From NCBI GenBank assembly GCA_023213395.1, contig CM041465.1, forward strand, positions 147,877,741 to 147,941,740: 64,000 bases of DNA, written 5' to 3'. A program made the position numbers and the translations under genes. The first letter of the stretch is position 1. Each line of letters opens with the position of its first letter. This document shows positions 12,701 to 25,789 of this stretch, in pieces. This DNA comes from Cycas panzhihuaensis. Lineage: Eukaryota > Plantae > Cycadophyta. A model generated the notes under the pieces. That model did not search any database. It saw only the letters and a list, made by a program, of their open reading frames with translations, and was not told the origin of the DNA.

Positions 12701-13845
12701 TAGAAGGCTACATCAAAAAGAGAGAAGAATATCTGGTATGCCAATTGAAGAAAGCATTGCATGGGTTGAAACAAGCTCACCGTGCTTGGTATGCCAAGTT
12801 GGACAAACATCTTTGTCAAAATGGTTTTCATTGATGTGGCTCAGACTCAAGCCTGTGTGTGAGAAAAAGGAACAGGATGATTACAATAATAGTTGTGTAT
12901 GTAGATGATATGATCCTTACTGGAAGTGATGATGAATTAGTCACAAATATCAAGAGTTAGCTAAAGAAGGAATTTGAAATGACATATTTAAGATTTCTAA
13001 GTTACTATCTGGGAATAAAAGTCAGTCAAAATAAGGACTCAATCACATTGTCTCAAAGTAAGTACATCAAAGACTAACCAACCAAATTTCATATGGAAAA
13101 TTACAACCCTTTTGCAACCCCCATGGAAATAAACTGCAATTTGGTCCTTGATGAAGAAGAACCCCAAGCTAATACTACTTTGTACAGGCAGTTGATCGGT
13201 AATTTAATCTACCTCATTGCCACTAGGTTCAACATCTCACATTCTATGGGACTAGTCTAAAGATACATGCATGAGCCAAAGGTAAAACATTGACAAGCAA
13301 CAAGAAGAATACTAGGGTATCTAAAAGGAACAATTGGTTTGAAAATGGTCTATCCAAAGTAGAAGTCATCTTAATTGTCAGGATTCTGTGACTCAGATTG
13401 GGTTGGAGATAAAGAACAAAGAAAATCCACAAGTGGATATTGTTTCTTCCTAGGCCTGCTACCATTTCCCGGAGTAGTAAAAGACAAACAATTGTTGCAC
13501 TTTCCTCAACAGAAGCTAAATACAAATCTACAATTAATGTAACAAGTGAAGCAATTTGGTTGAGACAACTTCTAACAGACTTGGATCATTAGCAACAAGG
13601 GTTGACGGTATTAAATTATGATAATCAAAGTGCTATCAAATTGACCAAGAATCTTGCCTTCCATGCATGAACAAAGTACATAGAAGTGCATCCTCATTTC
13701 ATACGAGAGAAGGTGCAAAGCAAAGAAGTTGATTTGACATATTGCCTCATAGAAGAATAAGTTGCAAATATTTTGACAAAACCACTTAGTAGAGATAGAT
13801 TTCAAATTCTTAGAGATAGAATATGACTACAAAGAATAAAACATT
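9739..13845 (+). pseudogene. Copia-B1 gag-pol (decayed)
   Basis: ATG at 9739. Motifs NLLSVSQL, IRSNGSGEYIS, TTPYTPQSNGVVEKKNR, YQLDMKSAFLNGEL, YVDDMI and DSDWVGD. Confidence 0.92.
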
Positions 13846-13854
13846 AAGAGAGGA

Positions 13855-14064
13855 TGTTATAATATAATGTTTTATCCTAAGGGGTAATGTTATAAACCCT
13901 TCATTATGTAACTCCTAATGTAGACTTGACATGTGTCATCCACAGATTCTTTGATTATAGTTTGATTTGTAACAGTTACATTCTATCATGTATATTTAAG
14001 GAGGCATTCCCTCCATCATTAATAAAACAACTTTTTTTGTCATCTCTATCCAAGAGTTTTAACA
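13855..14064 (+). repeat. Copia-B1 3' LTR (210 bp)
   Basis: Direct repeat of 8843-9059. Confidence 0.93.
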
Positions 14065-14069
14065 AAGAG

Positions 14070-14490
14070 ACCCTTTGTGATATAGGCATTCTAGACCATG
14101 TATAAAAGATTGATGTGGCAAGCACCATTATGATTGGTGCATGGAATGGGAGGTATCATTTTGTATGAATTTGAGATTCTCGATCTCTGGATTGCTCTTA
14201 CTTTCTACCTCAATGATGATGATTGCAAATTAGATACAAAATAATGAGAAAAGCAGATAGGGGTGTGGCATGATCACCACTTGTATGCATTCTAATTCAA
14301 GGAAGGAGACCAAGAGTCATTATATGGTAGTAAATTCTGCATGCACCTTGGAAAGCTAAAAATGCATTGGCTAAGACCCTATTTAGTTACAAAGATATTT
14401 GACAATGGAGTAGTACAACTAAATGAGCCATCCAAAGTACCATATTAAAAATGGTTAGTGATTGTAAGATATAAACCCTACCATAATTGT
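14070..14490 (+). pseudogene. pol: Gypsy-O integrase C-terminus (GPY/F module)
   Basis: VWHDHHL...FKEGD...HLGKLKMHWLRPYLVTKIFDNGVVQL matches Gypsy-G 58992-59279. Confidence 0.88.
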
Positions 14491-14721
14491 AAAGAAAACA
14501 AAGTATATAAGAGATAGAAAAAAATAAGGAAAGTAATATGAATTCCTCACTATCCTTTCATTGCAATCAACCTTATTTAATATATAGAAGAAAGGTAGTT
14601 ATGGAACCTACATATGCCTAACTCCCTTGTTAATAACTGATTACAAAAGATACTTATACCTAATCTTGTAGTTAACTATAGATTACAAAATATTAATATT
14701 ATTTTCTAAACTCGTCCCCCC

Positions 14722-17700
14722 AATTAGGATATAATGTTTTATCCTAGGATTAATTGAGGGTAACTTAATGACCCCTCTTCATGTAATCTAGACAAGTGTG
14801 TAAAATGTGTTAGTGAGTCACATAGTGGTTACAATCTATTAATGTGTATCTAAGAAGAGCATTTCTCATAATAAATCATTGTTCATTCTTCTATCATTGT
14901 ATGATTTCTATCATGTTATCAGAGCAGGTAAATCTACCTGCCTGAAAGAGAAAATGTAAAACTTTCTCAAGGATTTTTAGAGAATTGTTTTGCAAATTGG
15001 AGAAGCAGTTAAGGGATTGTGAAGCAACTTGATAAAAAGGCATTCTTCTATTAGAAGTTTGAATTTTTCATTGATGTATGGAAGTGTATGGATTGGTATG
15101 AATTTGTATGGACACTAAAAATTAAAAGTACTAAAAATTTAACGAAATTTTACCAGCAGATAGATCTTAGTACAAGCATCACTATTCTCAACTAGGTTGA
15201 AGTGATGTGAGGTCATTTCATGGCAATTTTTCTAGTTTACCAGGTGCGCATTTCTAGAGATTCAATCGTAGATTATGATCAAAATTTCTCATTTCTCTAG
15301 GTAAAGTCTATTGTAAAATCCTTGTTTTAGTTGTACATTTCTTTCAAGGCAAATTTCAAAGTTTTGAGTGAAGATTTTCTTATTTATGAGCAAAAATTTT
15401 AAAAACCCTAGTTGTCTTTTTTATGCTTTTAGGCTAAATTTTGAACAGTCTAAGTAGAATCTCTCAAAGATTCTTACATATTCGTATTCCTCTCAAAAAA
15501 ATCTTCATTTTGAGGTCACTTCCAGTCAAGTTCGTACACCTACAAATTGTACAGAAATCTATACGACCATATAATCTTAGTATGTATCTTCCTGTTTCGT
15601 TGATTACAAATGGTTGCATCAATTTTAGCTTTGTTATAATAAGACAAATTTAGAGACTTAAACTATCATGTATGGAGAATCAAGATAGAGACACTGTTGA
15701 GAGCCAAAAATATGTGGAACATAGCCAAATGAATTGAAGCAAAGTGTGTAGTTACTGAACCTGATCGAATTAGTTGGGCAGAGAGAGATAATGTTGGGGT
15801 AATAATTCCAAGATTGTCAGTTTCTAACCCTTTCCTCATATATGTTGAAAAGTTGAGTTCCTCTTCTATAATTTTGAAAACATTTGAGAACATGGACAGT
15901 CAAAAGAATTGGGCTAGGATCATAGCCCTTGAAAAAGAGTTGTTTAAATTGTATACGAAGGAAATAGAGATAGAGCTTCCTTTACAAAATCATTTCAGTG
16001 AGAAATGATCTACTAAGTGTTGGAGCTAACATAAAAGAATAAGAAATTGTTGAGATGATAGCAAGCAAGCTTCCTAAGTCTTTCGATATTATGGTTAATA
16101 CAATAACTAATAATAATCAAATTGACACAATGTCTCTTGATACTTTAAGTGGACTATTGTTAAGATAGAAATAAAGGAATAAATGTTATGAAGATGCAAC
16201 TGAAATAGAAGATGCCTTTGTGACTAAACATTGGACCCAAAGGAAGAGGTCAAGCTCACAGACGAGAACAAACACCAGATACTAGAAGTTCATCCTGCGA
16301 AAAAGGGCAAAAGAGTAGAGGACGCAGAGGCTCGATCCCTCCAAGAGAAGCAAGAGTCTCTTCAAATTTGGAAAATCAAGTCACTTTTCAAGCAGTTGTA
16401 GAGATTTTGATCTCTGCTATCATTACAGATAGCCTAGGCATTATCCCTATCAATGCCTATAAAAAAAGTTGAAATTCAGAGAGGAAAATGGCTAGTAGAA
16501 AGTTATAACAAAGAGCAATAAGAACCTGATAAAGATGAGGAAGAGACGACTTTTATCGTCAAACTCACTGTCAGCGTTAAAGATGAAGAAGTGTGACACA
16601 TTGACTCTGGAGCATCAAGACATATGACGGGGCAAGAAGATTGGTTTGAATCGCTTAAACCCTACTCTCCTAATAAGTCTATTGAATTAGGGGATAAATA
16701 TCCTTTGAACATCAAAGGAGTTAGGACCATAACTATCAAAATAAAAGGTGTTATTCAGAAGATTGGAAATATACTCTTTGTACCTAGTCTAAAAGAAAAC
16801 CTCCTTTCTGTCTCACAACTTGGAAAGAAAAAGCTGAGGAGCATTTTGTATGAGTAAGGACATTGTTACATTTTGGATATGAAGAAAAATGGTGTTGTAA
16901 TTGTAAAAGGGATAGAAATTAATGATTTATATAAGTTACTTTCTAATCCCATAGCAACCAATCAAAATCTAAAAGTATACGTTGCAACAAACATTGACAA
17001 TAATAAATTGTGACATTTGAAGTATGGACACATCTTTTTAGATAGATTAAAATGATTGCAAAAAATAGAAATGGTTGATGGGCTTCTAAATATTAATTTT
17101 CATCAATTTATTTGCAGAAGTTGTCAACTTGGAAAACAACATCATCTTCCATTTAAAAAAAATGAATGATAAGTTCAAAATAAATTAGAATTGATACATA
17201 TTGATTTGTGTGGTCCTATCACTCCTTACTCAATCAATGGTGCTAGGTAGTTTTTAATATTTATTGATGATTTTTCTAAAAAGTATGGATTTATTTTATC
17301 TATAATAAATCTAATGTTTTTGGAAAGTTTAAAGAATTTAAGGCCGAAGTTGACCTTGAGTCCAGATTAAGAATAAAATGCATCAAGTTAGATGGTGGAG
17401 GAGAATATATCTCAAAGAACTTTCTAAATTTCTGTAAGGCATATACATAGGCAGTTCACAACTCCATACACACCGCAGTCAAACGGAGTTGCAGAACGGA
17501 AAAATAGATTAATTATAGAGATGGCCTATACTATGATACAAGATAGGCAAATGCGAAAGACTTATTGGGTAGAAGAAGTAAGTACAATAGGTTATCTCAT
17601 AAATTGAAGCCCAACAAAATCTTTAGAACAAATCACTCCTGAAGAAGCCTAGACTAAGCATAAACCAAATGTAAGTAATTTAAAATCTTTGGGTGTCAAG

Positions 17701-19906
17701 CATTTGTCTATATACTAGACAAGAAGAGATCCAAATTGGATTAAAAAAGTATAGAATATGTAATGATAGGCTATAGTAGAAATTCAAAAGCCTACAAAAA
17801 CAAATAGGATCTATATAAGTAAAGATGTTGTCTTTAATGAAGAAGATATCATAAAAGATACATTCATCTATCAAGTAGTTGAAGAAACACCCAAGGAAAT
17901 ATCTTAGAGAGAACCTCCTATAGAAGAAATCTCTAGAGTTACTTCAGAAGATACATAATTTGATGATATATAGGAATTAGAGAGGGCACCAATACGCTAT
18001 GAAAGCTCCACAATTGAAGAGGAATAATTGTCTCCCAAAGGCCCAACCATTAAAGAAGAAAAGAAGAAAGAAAAATGGATACCAAAATGGTATCTCAAGA
18101 TAGTCAAAGAAGAAAAAGGAGATGTGTTCACACACATGACAAAAAGTTAAAAGCACTAAGCACTATTCAACAATACAAAACCTTAGTCTTTTGAGGAAGC
18201 AAAGAGATATGAAGAATGGCAAGCTGCAATGGATGCAGAAATGGAGTCAATCTCCAAAAACCAGACTTGGGAATTGGTCTATTTACTTGCTGGCAAACCT
18301 GTGGTCAATTGCAAGTGGGTATATAAAATTAAAAAAAATGTTGATGGCATAATAGAAAAACACAAGGCCAGACTTGTAACAAAGGGCTACACGCAAACAA
18401 CCGAGATAGACTTCAAAGAAATGTTTTCAACTGTAGCCAAATTAGATACTGTGAGAACAATAACTGCATTGGCTGCTCAACACAATTGATAAACCTACCA
18501 GTTGGATGTAAAAAGTGCCTTTCTGAATGGCAAGCTCAAAGAAAAAGTTTATATGAGACAACCAGAAGGGTATATTCAAAATGGGCAAGAAAACTTTATA
18601 TGCGGACTAAAAAATCACTATATGGGCTAAAACAAACCCCAAGAGCTTGGTATGCCAAACTGGACAAGTATCTCACACAAAACGACTTCATCAGATATAA
18701 CTTAGATTCAAGCTTGTATGCCAAGAAAATAAGTAAGCTAATCATGATAATTATTGTTTATGTAGATGATATGATTCTCAGAGGAAGTGATACAAAATCA
18801 ATATCAAACATAAAGGTTCAGTTGGAAAAGGCTTTGAGATGACAAACTTAGGATATCTAAGTAATTATTTAGGAATTGAAGTCAATCAAAGGGAAGACTC
18901 AATCACGTTATCTCAAAGCAAATACATTAAAAATCTATTAACTAGATTCAAAATGGAAGATTGCAACAGTTGTGCAACTCCCATGGAAACTAGTTATAAT
19001 CTAATTCTAGTTGAAGGGGAAACTGCAGAAGATGCAACATTGTATAGGTAGTTAATTGGGAGCTTGATTTATCTTACTGCAACTAGACCTGACATCTCTT
19101 ATTCTGTAGGTCTAGTTTCTAGATATATACAAGATCCAAGGATAAGACATTGGAAGGTTGCTAAAAGATTTCTTAGATATCTAAAGGGAACAATTGACCT
19201 GAAACTCATATATACAAAATTAAAATCAGATAAATTAATTAGATTTTATGACTCAGATTGGGCAGGTGACAAAGAAAAGAGAAGATCAACAAGTAGATAA
19301 TGCTTCTTTCTAGGATCAATAGTTATCTCCTAGAGCAACAAATGACAACCTACAGTTGCTCTTTCTTCTATCGAAGTAGAATATAAGTCACCAGTCGATT
19401 CCTCATATGAAGCAGTTTGACTAAGACAACTTTTGGCAGATATGGATCAACAATAACAAGGGTCAACAATCTTGTTTTGAAATAGTTAGAGTGCCATTAA
19501 ACTAACCAAGAACCCAATTCTTCATGCATAAACAAAACATATTGAAGTACATCATCATTTCATATGAGAAAAAGTGCAAAACAAGGAAATTAACTTGGCA
19601 TACTGCCCTACAAATGACCAAGTTGCAGATATTTTAACAAAACCACTTAACAAGGATAAATTTCAAATCCTTAGAGATAAAATAGGATTAATTAGATAAA
19701 ACATTAAGAGAGGGTGTTAATATATAATGTTTTATCTTAGGATTAATTGAGGGTGACTTAATGACCTCTCTTTATGTAATCCAAACGAGTGTCTAACATG
19801 TGTCAGGGAGTCACATAGCAGTTATAATCTATCAATTTGTATTTAAGAAGAACATTTCTCATAATAAATCATCAATCATTCCTCTATCAATGCATGATTT
19901 CTATCA
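14722..19906 (+). mobile_element. Copia-B2: full-length decayed Copia related to B1
   Basis: 192-bp LTRs at 14722-14913 (TG decayed to AA) and 19715-19906, PBS tgttatcagagc at 14914, PPT aagagaggg, TSD CCCCC. Confidence 0.93.
15610..19700 (+). pseudogene. Copia-B2 gag-pol (decayed)
   Basis: IDSGASRHMTG, NLLSVSQL, KNQTWELV...KHKARLVTKGYTQ, YVDDMIL, TRPDISYSVG and DSDWAGD. Confidence 0.92.
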
Positions 19907-22900
19907 CCCCCCCCCCCCCTAAAAAAAGAAAATATTTAAACTTTTGATTTTACACCTAAAAGTTTACTGAAATGAAGAAACTTGCCTTTGTTAAGAGGTT
20001 TGGTGAAGATATCTACTAGTTGCTCCTTGCTTGGATAGTAGTTCAACTCAATTTCTTTGTTTTGAACTTTTTCTCTAATAAAATGATGATATATCTCTAT
20101 GTGTTTTATTTGAGCATGAAAAATTAGATTCTTTGCTAACTCTTTAACACTTTGATTTTTGCAATATATTATTGTAGGATCTTGTCTTGTCTAATTTAGA
20201 TCCTCTAGAATATATCTCAGCCATACAACCTCAAAAGTGGCACTTACAATAGCTTTGTATTCTGCTTTAGTGGATGACAAGGCTATTGTTGGTTGTTTTT
20301 TACTACACCATGATATGTTGCTAAACCTAAATGAAAGAAGTAGCCTGAAGTTGATTTCCTGGTCTTTAGATCTCCTACCTAGTTTAAGTCATTGTACCCA
20401 ATAAGTTAGGACTTAGTGGATTTGATATATTCAAGTTCAAGATTTATGGTACCTTTTACATACCTTAGTATTTTTTTTGTGGCTTTTCCATGTGACACTT
20501 TTGGACCACTTATGAATCTGGAAATTGATTCTATCGAGAAGGTAATGTCTAGATGTGTTACTAACAATTAGATTAAACTTCCAACCAGTTTCCTGTAAAG
20601 AGATCCATCCATTACTTCTCCCTCTTCATGTGATGATAATTTGCACCCAATTTCTATTAGTGTAACTATTGGTTTACACTTATACATGTTGAACCTTTGA
20701 ACTAGATCCTTTATATACTTTGATTGAGCTATAAAAACTTTGTTATCATCTTGCGTGACTTCAAATCCAAGAAAAAGTGAACAGTTCCTAAGTTTATCAT
20801 TTCAAATGTGGCCTTTATTTGCTTTTCAATGTCTCCAATGCCTCTTGACTACTTCTAGTGAGTAAAAGATCACCTACATATAAAACAATAATTGTGATTT
20901 GACTTGTTCCTTCTATTCGATGTACAGACTTGAGTTAGATTCACTTTTGATAAATCCACTACTTTTAAGATGATGATCCATCTTTTTGTACCAAGGTCTT
21001 AGTGATTGCTTTAACCCATAAAGGGCTTTCTTTAATTTGCATACAAGCTTTACTTGTTATTTTCTAACAAACCCTACAGGTTGTTCCATGCATACTTCTT
21101 TTGTTAAATCTCCATTCACAAAAGCACCTTTTACATCCATTTGATGGATTTTCCATTGGAATTGAGTAACCTGTCCTATTACAGTTCTGTCAATAATCAT
21201 CTTAGCTACTTGAGCAAATGCTTTCATAATCAATACTTTCTGTTTGGGTGAATCTTTTGGCCACAAAGTATGCCTTGTATTTTCTTATGGTTCTATCTAG
21301 ATTTTCTTTTATTTTGTATATATGCTTATATCCTATAATTGGTTTATTTTCAAGCTTTTGAACCAATTCTCGGCTACAATTTTTGTTGATGGACTAAATT
21401 TCTTCCTCCATGGCTATCCTCCATTATTTTTTTAAGCTAGATTTTGCAAAGCTTGTGGTTCCAAATTGTAATATAGGCTTTGATGAGTTTGTGACCTTGT
21501 TCTTCTACTCTTTTCTTCTTTAATCTAATCTATATTATGCATCCTGGTGTCTTGTAGAGTCCTTAGATAACATGTTGGTACTTTGTTTTCTGGCACTTGA
21601 TATGCTTTTAGTGATCTTGGAGTGTTCTCATGATTTTATGGAATTCTTATGTTTTTAGGAACGAACCATCTTGATACCCCTTTTTCAAGTAATTATTGCT
21701 CTGTGCATCTTCATGTTCTTGTGAAATTGAGATGTTGTCTTCATCTCTATCTTTTGATGTTTTTCTTGGGATTGCATCTTTTGAGATCTTTTGTGCAACT
21801 TTCTTTTCTTATTTTATGACTTTTTCTTCCATTGAAGTCTTGGGTTGAACTTCATCAAAAGTCACATCTTTACTAATAACAATCTTGTTTATTCTAGGAT
21901 CTATGCACTTATATGCCTTTCATTTCTCATGATATCCTACAAAAGCACATTTGATACTTACCCCTAAAGAAATCAATATGGGATTTATTACTATTGAAAG
22001 ATCTAATTTCCTTTCAAGAATTGATAATCAAGGGTTGCTATTGTCCTTGCTTTTTCCCCTACCCTCAAGGAATAGGTCTAGAATTTGTTGTCTCGTCTAA
22101 TTTGGTCCTTCTGACATTTGGGATATGGATATAAATTATAGTCCCAAAAATTCTCAAATGACTTACATCAAGTTTGTTCCATGACCATGCTTCTTCTGGA
22201 GTAATCCTTTGTAATGCTTTTGTAGGACTTCTATTTATAAGGTACACAACTATGTGTACAACTTCAACTCAATAGATATTTGGAATTCCTTGCTCTTTTA
22301 GCATACTTCTAGGCATTTGAGTAATAGCCCTATTCTTGTGTCCAATTACTCCATTAGATCAAGGTGTATATGCAGTACTAAGTTGTCTTTTAATCCCATG
22401 AGCTTTGCAATATTTATAAAAGTCATTTAAGGTAAACTACCCCCCATTACATATTCTTAAGACATTGATTTTTTCACATCTTTCTTTTTCTACTTTAGCC
22501 CTAAAAATCTTGAAAGTTTCAAATGCATCTAACTTATTTTTAAGAAAATAAACCCATAATTTTCTACTGAAATCATCAATGAAAGCCATGTAGTACCTGG
22601 CCTTCCCAACTGAAAGTGGTGTAATCAGACCACAAATATTGTTGTGAATAAGTTGTAACTGAGTTCCTCTCTCCAGGTACTCCTTTCAAACTATAATTCA
22701 TGTTGCTTGCCAAACATTCATCCATCACAAACATTGTCTCTTTTTATAACCTTTGGAAGGCTTAATAATTTTTAACTTTTCCAACATGATTAGATTCTTA
22801 TCAGACATATGATTGTTCTTTGAATGTTAGATCTTATTGATAGGAATTGATTGATTCACAAACAAAGACTTTATGACAAGTGTTGCTTCAAACTTATAGA

Positions 22901-24050
22901 GACCATTTTCTTGAACTCCTACTCTAATAACTTTAAAGTTTGATTTTTGTCCTTGATCAAACATCTATGTTCATCAAATTCTTCTTTTAGACATTTTTAA
23001 TCATTTGAGATAAAAGAAATTAAGATTTTTTTTAAGACTAGGAAACTACAAAACATTCCCCACCTTTTTAATTTCAACACCATTCACTTGAAGTGGAATC
23101 GTTCCTTTTCCTTCAAGTAGATGTGTTATTTCCAAGCTTGATTATAATTCTTGGATTGTGACTATAAATTGATTCAAACTATTTGTGCTTTTAAGTCATA
23201 TGTTGGGAGGCTTTGAGTCATGTACTAGTTTTCTTTGACTGTTGTGTTAGAAGAAAAGGCTGCAATAAACTTATCTACTCTTTTTTGTTTACAGGTTTCT
23301 CTCCATTATAATTTCTAGTTATTCTTTTACTTCTCGCAATTTCATACCATTTAAGAGGGCAATTTCTAGCAAAGTGACCAGGTTTTTTGCAATAATAGCA
23401 TGCCTCTTTGTTTATATTTCCATCTAGGAATTGATCTTTCCCTTTCTCATGATCCTGCTCTAAACTATCCTGTTCCTCTAATGTTTGTCCTAGATGCAAA
23501 AGCATTTTCAAGTTCATCTTCTTCTACATATTTCTTTGCTCTTTATTGTTGTTAAAGAAGATGTCCACATAATTCTTCAAAGGATATTGAATTGGCTATT
23601 CTAGTTATAATTAAGTTGTTGACCAATTTTTCAAAAGACTTTGGAAGTTTATTAAGTGTAAGTTGAACAAGATCTTTGTCTTTAATCTCCTCCCTTATTT
23701 TAGCTAAATTTCCTTGAATTTCTTTTAATTGGGTTATAAAATATATTACAAACCTCTTTCATTTTGATACTGTAAAGATGTTCTTTTAAATACATAATTC
23801 TAGCCATATTTTTTTGTTGAAACATCAAAGCTAACCTAGTCCATGCATCCTTGACATCGATGACATCTGCAATGTGAGGATTTAAATTTGGAACAGATAA
23901 TGCTATAATTTCTAGAGCATACCTACCTTTTTCTTCCCATATTGTGGCCTTATCAATGTCTGTAGGTTTAACCTCATTTTCTATAGTAAGGTTCTATGAA
24001 CCTTTAGCCATCAATATTCCTCTCATTTTTGTCTTTCAAATACTATAATT

Positions 24051-24370
24051 TGTTAAAGTGACATCATATTACTTACTCGAATAATGTAAATGAGGTGATA
24101 GTTTGTGTGAACATATGATATAATATTGTGATACTATTATGAGTCAACATATGTAACATTGAATGTAATTATTTGAGGTACTTATGAATCTATAAATAGG
24201 GATCCAAATCCCATTGTAACTTAGACAGATTTGTAACAATGTAATAATATAATTCTATGGTGGGTTTTTACTGCAAGGTTTCCCATTTCATATCTGTCCA
24301 ATGTGCTTGCTTCTTTCATGCTTATTGTGGACATAAAAAATTTTATATATTTGTTTGGTATTTTTTAACA
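24051..24370 (+). repeat. LTR-D: 5' LTR of another (probably non-autonomous) LTR element
   Basis: Runs tgttaaag...ttttaaca, has TATA tataaatagg at ~24191, and is followed by a decayed iMet PBS (tagtattaga). It interrupts Copia-C gag. No partner LTR is present. Confidence 0.65.
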
Positions 24371-25780
24371 TAGTATTAGACTAGACGGCCATGCACAAGT
24401 AGGCAAATGTTGGGCAGACTGTTTAGATCGTTGGTTGCCAAGTAATGTTGGCTCAACCCTTGAGAATCGACTTCTTTGACAACTGAAAGAGTAGCCATGG
24501 TGATGCAATGATCGTGTGCAGATTCCCGGTGCCTTCTACTATCTATTTTGCAGGGATCCGTTGGTCTTTGAAGGTGTACAAAGGAGTGTAAGAGGTTGTT
24601 TTTGTTTTGTGTAGGTGTCTGGGTGTGAAGCATATGTTGGTGCCCCCTATTTTTGAAATTGTAGCCCCTGGTTACTTAGTTGCAAGTTGTTGATGTGCAT
24701 TCTGAATCTGTAGAAGGTGCCAAATCTATTTATTTATCATAACCACTGAGTGTTTAGCTGAATTAAAGATCATAACCATCGATGGATTGAGTGCATTGCA
24801 GTTGGTGAAGGAAATCATAGTGGGAGATTGATGAGGTGAATCATAGCCAACGAGGCATTGTGTAATAGTTAATTATTCAAGCCATTATGATTTGTAGGTG
24901 TTGGCAGTCATGAGATGTAGCGGGAGTTGTGGTCCATTACGTGGAGTCTTTGATGAGCCTGTTACAGCCTTTGTTGCCACAATTAAGGACTATTGATGTT
25001 GGAGATGCACATAACAGTGCATTGCAAAAGTGTGCAGTTGTGGGAGTGGTTTGGATGTAGTGAAAACTACTAGAGAGGTGACACCAAAGAAGATATAATC
25101 ATAGGTTGTGTGAGCATGTAGACCACATGGAAAGATCGCAGAGGGAGTTATTTAGATGCAATAAGTAGGCACCACCTTATGTGAAGACATGACAGATGAA
25201 GGAAGATGTAGTGTATCTTGAGCGCTCTATTTTTGTGCTAAGTGCATCTCATAAACATTCTCGTTATGCAAATTGTAGATGCAATGTGTGAAGACGTCAC
25301 TGCATATGTGTTAGCCACGGAAGTTGGAGGTTGTAACCAGTGCATAGAGAGGACGCAGGTCGTAGTTCACCACAGGAGATATTTATGCAGTGCAACAGAT
25401 CTTCATACACAGGTCATTGTAGCTTATTTACAACAATATTAAAGGTATTTGCATATATTTTATTACCCACCCTTTACGTTTTGATCTATATATTTAATAA
25501 ACTTTTGGAAATAGTCGTATCAATGTCGCATTTGATATATTGATCACCATTATTTGATTTATATGAAGTGGCATTGATTTATATATATCGTCATTGAATT
25601 ATTTCATCACCAACATTTGATATTCAAAGTCACCCTTTTGGTTAATGTCATTTCAAGATATATTTTTTTGGTCGCCCTTCAATATATTTGATTGCCTTTA
25701 GTCGCTTGGTGATATATTGATGTGCCTTTTCTTAAGTCACTTTCGATGAAGCCTCGTTTTTTCGTTTAAGTGACATTGCA
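24371..25780 (+). mobile_element. Non-coding internal region of element D (LARD-like, truncated)
   Basis: Follows the PBS, shows no recognisable gag/pol motifs, and has periodic gtc(a/g)c motifs at 25510-25760. Confidence 0.45.
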
Positions 25781-25789
25781 GTTTCAAGT

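Larger units (their letters stand above)
8843..14064 (+). mobile_element. Copia-B1: full-length decayed short-LTR Ty1/Copia
   Basis: LTRs 8843-9059 and 13855-14064, TSD AAGAG (8838-8842 and 14065-14069), PBS tggtattagag at 9060, PPT aagagagga at 13846-13854. Confidence 0.95.
14505..24050 (-). mobile_element. Copia-C: decayed minus-strand Copia; 3' LTR ~14505-14710, coding region 19930-24050; split by Copia-B2 in its PPT and cut at the gag N-terminus by LTR-D
   Basis: Minus-strand DIFTKPL (~20020), QMDVKGAFVNGDL, YLINRSPTKAL, CYYCKKPGHFARNC and NYSI*KTKMRG at ~24020-24050. The LTR left end is approximate. Confidence 0.85.
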
